Made by a program: the position numbers and the translations under genes
Shown: positions 48,522 through 58,861 of the stretch, piece after piece
Layout: each line of letters starts with the position of its first letter
Position numbering within the stretch: position 1 is the first letter of the stretch
The notes under the pieces: generated by a model
What the model saw: the letters and a program-made list of their open reading frames with translations, nothing else
What the model was told of the DNA's origin: nothing
The model's database searches: none
Assembly: GCA_008632985.1 (NCBI GenBank)
Contig: QPGO01000013.1
Span: forward strand, 62,001-126,000
DNA: 64,000 nucleotides
Direction of reading: 5' to 3'
From: Psammoneis japonica
Taxonomy: Eukaryota

Positions 48522-48993
48522 AGTCGAAGCTCGCGTGTCCACGCAAGCTCCGAGTGCCTTCCTGACGTGTCGACTGGATGTCCACTCCAGATCGACACCT
48601 CAGGCAGAATGCAAGCAGATGGAATCCACTGACGAGTGGCAACGAGCATTTGGTCTTTCACAAAAGTGCCAGTGACCAAATTGCAAGCTGCCTAGACTGA
48701 ATCTGCTGAGTGCACCCAAACAGAGGTTGATCCGCAGGTTTGCACTGGTGGCCAGCGCAAACTTCAGGGTTGACCACATTCACAACAATCATCCAAATGC
48801 TGCTGAACCAATCTGTGGTTGGTCCAACATCTGTGCAAAGCCTGTGATCTCCAAAGCACCGCCTATGATCCCCAAAGCATTCGGCTTGAGAATCAAGTCG
48901 ACGTGGCGCGAAAAGAATTTCAATGAGAATTCCGACTGATGGAAGCACAGACACAACAGAGAATCTGGGTCGGTGGACAGACGAACCACGACC
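48522..48993 (-). repeat. 5' LTR (472 bp)
   Basis: Direct repeat of 41203-41677 with one 3-bp indel and ~18 substituted sites. Confidence 0.92.
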
Positions 48994-50310
48994 AGATGTG
49001 ACAAGGTTGGCCATGTGAAAAGGAAGGACTGGCCTTTGCTCAATGATGATCACGTGTTGGTGGAGTCAGATGTTGTCAGCCATCATGGGGGTTAACAAGG
49101 CAGTTGACATGGTGTTGGGTTGCATGGTGCTGCCCAACTGTTGTCCTCCTTCAGTTGGCGCACATGAGCCCAGTCAACTGATGGCTCATGCAAAGGAGTT
49201 GGTTGGAACATCAGAGTGCAAGGCAGTTTTTGCAGGACAGACATGCAATGTTGCATGGAATGATGCACTGATGATTGTTGATGACACGGTGAATTTACAT
49301 TCACAGCTCATGTTGAGTTGTGGGTCTTGGGCTCCATTTTTAGTTTCTGCACCCAGCTGGCATGGTGACAGCAGTGACAGCAACAGAAACATGTCTGCAA
49401 TCCATGTGGTGAGTCAGGGATTGGTGAGACCAAGCATGTGCCAGTTGGCAAGCCACAAAATCCCAACAGGTTGGCACCATCATGAGGCCACTTCCCTGCA
49501 AAGTTCAGAAGTTCAAGTCTGCATCAATCTGCTGGGAACAAGGTGACATGGGGTCCTTTCATCCTGGAGTTGGGAGTTTGAAGTGTGCTTGTTCTGGCTG
49601 GGAGGACATGCCAGGTTGCCACAACTGAGCAACACCACCCTTGCACTGCTCAACCACAGCTCTTAAAGTGTCACTTGGGGTCCTCCAGAGATCACCAGTG
49701 CCCTCATCCTGCTGTTGTTGGTCTGGTTGGTGGTGCCATCATGGGGCCCCTTCACTCTTAATTTGGGGGTTCAGGTCTGCTTCATGACCTGTCATGGACA
49801 AAAACAGCATGGGACCACAACAGCGCATGATTGCATTGGCACAGGCAGCTGCTTGTTGGGGAGGAGGAACATTGGCAGGAGGTTGCAGTGCCACCATGTC
49901 TCTGGGAGCTCCTGCTGTGCTCCTGGCCATTTGCACACCAGGCACACATCCAGCACCACCATGGGCACACTGACCCAATGGACCTCTTGCTTGACCAACT
50001 CCATGACCACCTTGTGCATGACCACATTGTCCATGACCACCTGCACAACCAACTCCATGACCTCTTCTAGCCTGCTGCCCCTGCAAGTTTCAACCATGAT
50101 GAGAGTGCAACCGCAACAAAGGTTGTGCACATGATGTGGATTGGCTGGAACAAAGATCAGCCTGCAACAGCAGCCCCATAGATGCAAGCTGAGCAACCAA
50201 CTGGCCACATGGATCAGCACAAATGCAAAAATTTCATTGTTGACAAGAGCCACTTGAGATCCTAAAAACTGAGACATCAGTCATTTTTGAACACAGATGC
50301 ACTGAGCTGA

Positions 50311-50803
50311 AAACTTCTCTGCTGTTTTCTGCCAGGGATTGCTGTTGCATCTCACAATGAAAAGCTGTGTCACAGAAACTAACTCTCTTTGAAACACAAT
50401 GACTGGAACATGATGTGATGCAGCCTGCTGGAGCACCAACATGCAAGACAGGCTGTGAGAGACAATGGGGCAACAGCTTGAAGAATGGAGGAAGCAAAGG
50501 CAGTGAAGTGACAGCACTGGATGCAGGTGAGCAGAAACAGCAGCATTGTGCCTTGTTTGCCAAACAAAACATGCCACCAAATTGAAACCTTCTCTGCTGT
50601 CTTCTGCCAGGGATTGCTGTTGCATCTCACAATGAAAAGCTGTGTCACAAAAACTGACTCTTTTTGAAACACAATGACTGGAGAACATGATGTGATGATG
50701 CAGCCTGCCAGAACACCAAGATGCAAGACAGACTGTGAGAGACAGTGGGGCAACAGCTTGAAGAACAGAGTTGGCAAAGGCAGCAAAGTGACAGCATGGG
50801 ATG
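50311..50803. repeat. Direct duplication of ~215 bp (50311-50523 and 50585-50803)
   Basis: CTTCTCTGCTGT.TTCTGCCAGGGATTGCTGTTGCATCTCACAATGAAAAGCTGTGTCACA occurs twice. Differences include TA/TG and TG/CA swaps. Confidence 0.85.
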
Positions 50804-52863
50804 AGAGCATGTGCCACATGTTGAACACTGCCAGGGCAGAAAGCAAACATTGTTGGACACCAAAATTGCAAAATGCACACCAACCAACAAATGAACAAAT
50901 TAAATTGTTGGCATGCTCCAGCCAATGAACAACAACACTTGACAAGATTTCCCACTGGAAAATGTCCAGCAAGCTGCACACCACCATTGGGAGGCATTGC
51001 ATTTCTCCCCACAAAAAATGGAAAGTGCAAAGGCAGCTTTCTGGATGCGAAGTCAAGGTGCATGTGGTGGCATCCCATGCTCAGATCCAGGGATGTTGCC
51101 AGCATTGGAGCCCTTCAAGTTTCAGGAGCAACATGTCCTGGGCATGGCATTTTGCATTGTCCATTTATTTTTGGCCACTGGAAGTCATTGACAAGCCACA
51201 CCATCTGGTCTTTCTTTGTCATTGTGAAGAGCAGAGCTGCCAACCCCAATCTGTTCATGTGTTTTAAAATGCCAACATCAAACAATCATTTTGCCTCAGT
51301 TGTCAACAAGGTTTGCTCACAAGACCTTGGAATCTTGTGCAGCCTGGCATCATGTGGCTCAAGAACAGTGTCCTTGAGCTGAGTGTGGCAGGGGTCACCC
51401 TTTGACTCACCTGAAGTGCTGTCAAACAATGGCTCTTGCTTTTTAAGAATGGCAAGCAGCCAATTTTTTCTGCTGAAATGTGTCCAAACTTTTTTTTGGC
51501 ATTTTCAGCAACCTGTGGCAAGTCTTCCACTTGGGGGGCTTGGCATCCAGGATGGACATGATTTGCTTGCTGTCCCTTTTGGCTCTTAGATGCAGAGCAT
51601 TGTTTTGCTTGCAGCACATCCATGTTTGTCATCAGCATGATCTGGCCAATGACTGTCAGCTGTTCAATGGTTTTTGGTTTAAAAAACAGACAGATTGTCA
51701 ATTCTGCAAGTCTCCAAGCTGGTCATTGTGCAAATGGACTGCATGTTCTCCAGGGCAATTGTTGTGCACATCCTTTCTGGAAGCTTTGATTTGAATCTTG
51801 CAGTGCTTGTTGCTTGCTGGGAATGAGCTGTCAACTGTGCTCCAGCTGGTCTCAGCAGCATTTTTCTGCCCTTTTCTTGCAGTGCCTTCCATCCTTTGCT
51901 GGTGTGCCACTGGCTCTGCTGTCCACCAAAGCTTTGCTTGTTTTTGTTTTGCCTTTTTTGCCACACATGTGGATTTCAAGGCTGTGAACAGCACCGGTGC
52001 TGCATGTTGTTGCTTGCACCATTTTTGTGAGTGTGCTGCAAGAACACAGTGTGATTGAAACTTCTTGGTTGAGCACCAAGACAAGCACTGGTGCGGCAAA
52101 CATGTTCTAGACTGTCATGTTGGCCTGCACCTCAGGCACAACAACTGCTGTTGAGCTCACATTCAGAATCACCAAAGAAGCATCTCAAATTCCTTGTGTT
52201 CCTTGGCAACTTTCTTGTGCTTGGTTTTCTTCATCTAGAGCACTTTCTTGGCTGCTGCACTGATGACTGCACTCAATGTTCTTGATTGTCTTTTTTCTTT
52301 TGCTTGACTCTGTTCACAATTGAGAATGCCTGGTCTTCATCTTCTTGACCTGGTGCTTCAAACTTCAGCACTTTTCAGTCACGTGTCTGCACACTTGATG
52401 CCATGCAATGTGCATGATCTGGCATTTCACTTGCTGTTTGTGATGAGCAATGTGGGGTTGGTCATTTCTGAGTTGGCACATGTCATGCACACACTCACCC
52501 CAAGCTCATCTTGGTGCTCAGCAAATGATGCACAACATGCAACATTGCACGTGGCACCTTTGTTCATCACAGGCATGACTTTGGGTGGCAGCAAAATGCA
52601 TCACGACAAGGTTGACACACAAGTGTGACAACATGCCCGCTCAGCAAAATGAGTGCAAGTTGTGTTGGCTTTGCAATGTGCACTTTTGGGTTGCACATCT
52701 CTTGCTGTGAGAGCTCCATGACACAAGACATTGCAGGCATTTGCTGGTTGTCAGTGTGGTGGTGCTTGCATCACTGCCCTTTTTCTCTCCACCACCATGC
52801 ACCATGACACCACCCTCCCACATCCATGCACATTGGCTCAAATGCCCCCATGAGAGAAACCTG

Positions 52864-53597
52864 TGATGCAAACTCTGGCCAGAGGAACCACTCTCAATGC
52901 TGACACTGAAGCAAACCACACCATGCTCAACTCTGCTGCTCACACTGCCAGCCTTCACTCCGGTGATTCCCCTGCCCCTTTGGCAGCCACTGCTGTGGCT
53001 GATGCCAGCTCCTTTGTGTCAGCCACTGTTGGCCACCATTCTCTGGCCCCCGCTGCTTCTCGAGCGTCATTCATGATCCCCACCCTGCTGCTGATGCCAT
53101 TCCTGACCCCCACTTTCTGCTTTTGCATCAAAGTCAACCACCCTCCCAAAAACCATGGTGAACTCAATCCTGGCATTGTTTGCATCATGATCACGTTGGA
53201 GCACTGTGCTGCCTTTTCTGAGAGAGAGGCCTCTGATGCAAACTCCCACCAGAGATCCCACTCTCAATGCTGACACTGAAGCAAACCACACCATGCTCAA
53301 CTCCACTGCCCACACTGCCAGCCTTCACTCCAATGGCTCCTCCGCCCCTTTGGCAGCCACTGCTGTGACTGATGCCAGCTCCTTTCTTGTGTCGGCCGCC
53401 TTTCGCCACCATTCTCTGGCCCACTGATTCTCGAGTGTTATTCATGATCCCCACTCTCCTGCTGACACCATTCCTGACCCCCGCTTTCTGCTTTTGCATC
53501 AAGGTTAACCACACTCCCAAAAACCATGGTGAACTCAATCCCGGCATTGTTTGCAACATTCTCATGATCACGTTCGAGCACTGTGCTGCCTTTTCTG
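52864..53597. repeat. Tandem duplication of ~360 bp (52864-53220 and 53234-53597)
   Basis: CACTCTCAATGCTGACACTGAAGCAAACCACACCATGCTCAACTC...GAGCACTGTGCTGCCTTTTCTGA occurs twice. Confidence 0.9.
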
Positions 53598-53765
53598 AAG
53601 CGATGCACTGCCAGCAGCTAAAATTCACATAGAGAGGGGAACGCATCGTGATTTGTGACACATTATGAAATGCTGAAAGGAATAAAATTATTTTAAAATG
53701 CAACATGCATGCATGCTTATGAACGACTCTTTTTCGGACTTCTCATCAACTCCAGCCGCATCATT

Positions 53766-55169
53766 TTACGGTGAGTCCCGAAGGACGTTTATTGCAGCAT
53801 TCACAATGTCCGCAGAAGAGGCAGCAGTTAAACCCTGCTGAGTAGCGCCTGCTTGGTATAGGCTAAGTGGATTTGGGTTTCCCATCAAGTTCTTGGAATA
53901 TAGCATAGGGTATCCTAGGGACGACGACCGAAATGGGTTTGCCAGATTTGTATTTTGAGGGACACGAAGCGAGCTGGGGTTCAAATTTTGATCAAGCGCA
54001 GCCAGACCAGATGGACAGTTAACCACGGGCTGGCATTCCGCGAGAGGACTAGCCCCCAATGAAGCGTTATCGCGGATGAGGCTTTCCAGCAGAATGCGCT
54101 TTCTTCGCTCTTGTTCGTCTAATACGGGAAACATATATACAGAATCAATGCCTCGTTTTCCTGACTGTAATCCGAGTTGCAGGTCCTCATGGCTTTCGAT
54201 GGGATCGGTCTTGCGGCTGCTGACAGCAGTGGATGATCGCATCTTCGCAATGAGGGCCTCGTTGTCGCGCTGAAAGAACTCGTTCCCGAAAACAATCGGA
54301 TCATCAGGGCCGAGGCCTCGGTTGATTTGACGAAAGCCCCACCTATATAGCTTTCTGGTGTAGCTGGAGAACTTACAGGCCTTGAAGAACTTGACTAGAA
54401 CCTTTCGCGTGAAGACTTCAGGGTTACGAATCACGAACGACTTGCCATCGGGAAGCCATCCGATACAGAATTCTTCGCCTTTCTCTTCTTGTTTGTCCGC
54501 ATATTTCATCATACTCATGAGCTGTTGAACACAGTGGGGAGGGGTAAAGTGGGAATAATGTAAGTTTCGAAGAGCAAAAAGGGAATACCAACACGTATTA
54601 AACCAACGACCGAACCGCCTTTGATCGAAGAAATCAAAAATCTCGGAATTCAAACTTGGAAGAAATGTCATATCTACAGAGTATATCAGTGGACAGTATA
54701 GGCCAGAAAGTCATTTGAAAGCAATAAATGGATGATATTATGGAAATGCGTTGACATGATGCCCATAAGTACTCTGACACGGAAGAAAAGACATGACAGT
54801 TCCTCCTCGACAACACGTGCAAGTTTTCTCCAGTACTAACTCGTCGTAGAAGCTACGCCAGTCCTGCGATTTTGCACGTACCTTCTCGGGAAAAGTGATC
54901 GCCGCATCGGGCTTCTTGTAGCTCGGAATGTGCCTCTTGACCACCGTCTTTGCACTCTCTGAACTCTCTGATTTCCCATAATCCCCCTCTTTTGGTAGAC
55001 GTATATGATTCTCGGGCTTTTCTCCTACGTTTGACGTGGGAGAATGGCTTGACTCCGAGTCGCTGTCACCAAGGGAGGTCAGGGCGCTCGCAGCTTCCAT
55101 TATGCTACGCATCTTCTCCTTATTTCCATCCGTAACCTCTGAAGATTGTTTAGAATCGGGTTCCGTCAT
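53766..55169 (-). CDS. Heat shock transcription factor (HSF DNA-binding domain); intron ~54522-54881
   Basis: TFPEK|LMSMM...IGWLPDGKSFVIRNP...KFFKACKFSSYTRKLYRWGFRQ...FFQRD. Confidence 0.9.
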
Positions 55170-56303
55170 TGCACTGTACAGTAAATACTTTTGGGTAGCG
55201 GGGAGAGAGAGCGGCGATACGGCTTGAGTGTTCTCGTTGAACGCCAACTTTGTCGTCTTTGTTGTCGTCGAATGATTTTTGCGGTGAAATCTGATCGCTG
55301 TTACACTCTTCTTGTTCTAATAATTCTTGTCAATCGGCATTTCGTTCATAATATAATTAAGCAGAAGACATTTAGGGTCATTCTCCGATTAAGTAATTTT
55401 GATAGTGGCGATGAGTATGTCGCGGATACTTGTGAAATTACGTAGCTATGATACTTACTTTGACGAAGACATCACGGATAAATTTCACGACTACGTCGTG
55501 GGACATTCCCTTCTTTTTATTAGTGCCACGTGTGGTCGTGGTCCTTGGTCCTGCCTTGCGAATGATGTAGAATACCGCCCTAGAGTCGTCGTCCACAACC
55601 AATAGGGCGTTGGAGTCTACCGGTACATGCGACAGACGAAAGAGTCAAGCTGACAATCAGAAGTCTCCTCTCGGAGTTGCTGGGCGTTGAAGCAGCCAAG
55701 GAACTGAGTGACAAGTCTTTCCTCATCCAAAAAACTTTCAATGGAACGACGAAAACCGGTTGGCAGGCTTCCTAGAGGGCTACCGTACGGTACTTGCACC
55801 ACAATGCCCTAGTGATCGCTGATTGGGATGCATTTTTGGAATTTAAAATCACTCAAAAGGTCCTGAGTATCGCGCAGCCTTTGTAGCTTTATTACCGGCA
55901 CAAGCAACAAGGATGATCTACTCTCTGCAACTGCGATGTTCCTCAAACCCGCTCACATACTCGTACAGGCTATCGATGTGCTCGTCCAACCTGTTTCCCC
56001 CCAGAGCTTCGAAACTAGATCACAATATTGAAGATAACCAGACACTTAGTCAACTGTATTTAGCTGCACTCTCCATTGAGTTTTCCCCTTACGTAGTGAG
56101 CATCTACCCAAGTAAACAACGGATAAGCCGTTTTCATTCAGTGCAGTACGTTCTCTTGCTGTATCGATCACCTGCTAGAGCCGTTACCGGTAGCAGCTTA
56201 GCACCAAAACAAGTATGCGACATTTGTGTCGAAATGTGTAAATATGAAAGTAAACCTTGGTTGTCCCTTCGACACTCTGAGTCAAAAGAAGTCTTGGTAT
56301 TTT

Positions 56304-57653
56304 TTAGCCCCTGCCCGAGTCGGGTCCTTCCTTGGACTCTTGTGGTTCCCGAACCCGCGACGTCACTGATGGAGGCATTGGATAGCTTAGACCGGCTACT
56401 GCAGGGTCACCCAGCATGTCTGCGGGCAACATACCTACGCCTCGGCCAAATCGCCCCAGAGATGCAACAGGGTAAGCAAGACGATCCAATCCAGGACCAC
56501 TCGCTCCTCTAAGATAGGCAATGCGGCGTTCTCGTTCCCGCAGGTGAGCGGCTTGTAACTCGTAGGCTTCATTTGCGGCAATGAGCTCGGCCCGCTGACG
56601 AGACAGCGTGGGATTCAACAAGCTAGCTCTACTAGAGCCTATTCCAGCTGTAGCCATTGCCAGTTCCTCTTGTTCGAGCTGTGCAGCCGCAAGAGGGTTC
56701 ATGGCTCCCAACCGTGAGGCAGCCAGGTCGGTTGGGTAGGCCCCGATACTTGGCATGCGGGCACCCAAGCCGCGCTTTGCCATGATTTGTTCATGGACAA
56801 GGGAGCTGTGAAGCGACGGATACAATGAAACACTTGGTTTCACAATGGCGGAAGAATGTGACGAAGCTGGAAGGGGACACAATGCACTAATCTTGTAGAA
56901 ATCCGGTTCGTCATCTGGGTGAACATGAACCTTCTTTTCTTTGGCCGTTAAGCGGTGCATCTTGCTGTGAAGATGAGGCAACCCGCGGAGGAAGAGCTGC
57001 AATGAGTACAAGGCAACAATCCTAATGAGATAGAGTCATCGAAACAAGAAGAAAAACTGTACAGAGATTATGTTTCCAGTAACTTACTTCGTGGTAGTAC
57101 GAGTTGCGATCTGAGCCCTTGGTAATACGCCGAAAACCCCAGGCGTTCACTAGACGCACAAAGGAGTTGTAATTGGTGTATTCAAAGAACAGGGGAATCA
57201 CTTCTTCGACGAAGGCTTGCGGGTTGTGTACCTTCCAAGACCTTCCGTGCTGTGTTTATCAATCGGCAAAGAACAGATACGACAGAAACGTCAGTAACCT
57301 GTTATTTTTTTTAAACAACCGCAGCATGGAATTGGTTCACTCACCGGCATCCAACTGATAATGTGATTGTATGCTGGTTCTGAGAGCATGGCATTCAGCT
57401 TTGCAGGGAGCTTTTGCACACGAATCGCAGATGGGGACATGGCAATGGGACAAGAAGGTGGAGGCGCAACCTGCGAGTAGTCCTTGTATGTGTATCTGCC
57501 TGCCATGGCCGTCGTTCCCTTCTTGGGCGAGACTTTCGGACTCTCTAAAGTAGCAGCATCCTCAGGGTCGCTTTCATGATTACCACTGGTAGGGTTTGCG
57601 TCGCTTTTCAGGCCGCCACTTGGAGCGGCATCGTTCGCTTCGCTGTCAGACAT
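56304..57653 (-). CDS. Heat shock transcription factor; 3 exons
   Basis: LPAKLNAMLS....HIISWMP|HGRSWKVHNP..F...VIP.FF...NYNSFVRLVNAWGFRRITKGSDRNSYYHE|LFLRGLPHL...MHR. Confidence 0.9.
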
Positions 57654-58861
57654 ACGTGCTATTGCTGAGTATCAAAGTAGAATACCTGCTATTTCTGTGT
57701 ACCAAAGCAAAACCAGAAAAGAGAATACAGAGAGAGGTGCGACAATTAGCACACTTCGTTGCGTGGAGACGAGTTGAAGTTTCTACGATTAGCTTCGAAG
57801 CGGTCGTCGGTCGTGAGATCGGCAATATGCCTTTTCCAAGTCACCAACTCGGTTTATCTAATCTTACCTCCTGCTGAGAGCTTCTCAAAGGAACTGAGCT
57901 GTTGAGACACTTGTTTCACTTGTTACAGTACAATCGTCGATACTGACATTGATCAAGAAGAAGTGATGACGAAGGTGAGGTGCTGATAGTAAAAAGTCCG
58001 AAAAAGAATGCAACGAAGCGCAGGGTGAGACGTCGTCTTGTTCTTGCAATTCTCTACGTTGATTCTACGCATGAAAAGTACCGCACCAAGTCGTTGAGAT
58101 GGTGTTGCCATTGGTTGAAGTGAGGAGTGTCACGTAGACTCTACGTAGATTCTGGTACAAGTGAACTGGCCTGGCCGACTGAAGAAGCCTGTCAGAAGTC
58201 AATTCAGTCTCCCAGTACAAATTCTGCGTACAACTTTCGTTGACAGAGTGCCTGGTGGATTTGTACCACGATGTACAGGACATACTCATCTTAGAGACTT
58301 AGAACATATATTTTGTTAGTCGGGCATTTTGAGACAGATCTCCAACACCCCACGGCGGTCATTTGGCGTTAAGTAACTTGACATGTGCAAGATGGCGTCG
58401 CTGTCCAAAATGACCGATTCTCGATTTTCAAAATTACTTTTTTGTGCTCCATGAATGATCCTGTTTTCCTTCCATCCCTGATGAGAAACGAAAATTTGAA
58501 TTCCCAAACGTTTAGTATTACGACTACAGGTGCCACGATGAACAATCTTGTTGTGACTCACAACCAAAGCATGGTCTGATTTTGCGCTACACTTGGTTAT
58601 TGTAGCTTTAGAAAGTACAACATTTGAAACGCATGTTGTGTAGAGTGTAAATTTTAATTATTGAGTTGTGGTTGCAGGGGCTATGGATATTCGAATTGAA
58701 ACACGATGATCGGCCACTAGCGTCTATTCTATGATGTATGGTCCTCCTGAACAAGGTGTCTGACTACTCCTCTTCCAACCTTTCCATTAAGTTCTGAAAA
58801 CGTTGTAGTGCCGTGCCGCTCTTTTTCTTCATACAACAGCACTATGGTCAACGGTCGACTT

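Larger units (their letters stand above)
41203..48993 (-). mobile_element. Full-length Ty1/Copia (CoDi-like) LTR retrotransposon with 5-bp TSD AGATG
   Basis: LTRs at 41203-41677 and 48522-48993. TSD AGATG at 41198-41202 and 48994-48998. Polypurine tract (minus strand GAATGAGAGGGAG) abuts the 3' LTR. Domain order gag-PR-IN-RT-RH. Confidence 0.95.
33090..53600. repeat. ~20 kb hypermutated repeat/TE block (TpA-depleted throughout; CpG also depleted outside the Copia)
   Basis: Abrupt switch to TG/CA-rich sequence with only scattered TA, dense overlapping six-frame ORFs rich in C/H and lacking Y, nested TE relics and internal duplications. Confidence 0.9.

Noticed and set aside
41203..48993. ADAR-type RNA editing or RT error as the cause of A->G
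   Set aside because: It would be strand-biased and shared by both LTRs. Both TG and CA outcomes occur, the LTRs differ from each other, and a DNA transposon is equally affected.
50800..52800. Possible hAT-like transposase relic (KTRW) on the minus strand
   Set aside because: Too decayed; a single short motif is insufficient.
33090..53600. Classical RIP or CpG deamination alone
   Set aside because: C->T changes cannot remove TA or turn Tyr into Cys/His; CpG decay explains only the additional CG loss in the older layer.
33001..53706. Dozens of overlapping 60-270 aa ORFs in all six frames
   Set aside because: By-product of TAA/TAG loss in hypermutated repeats; Cys/His-rich and Tyr-free with no coherent domains apart from TE relics.
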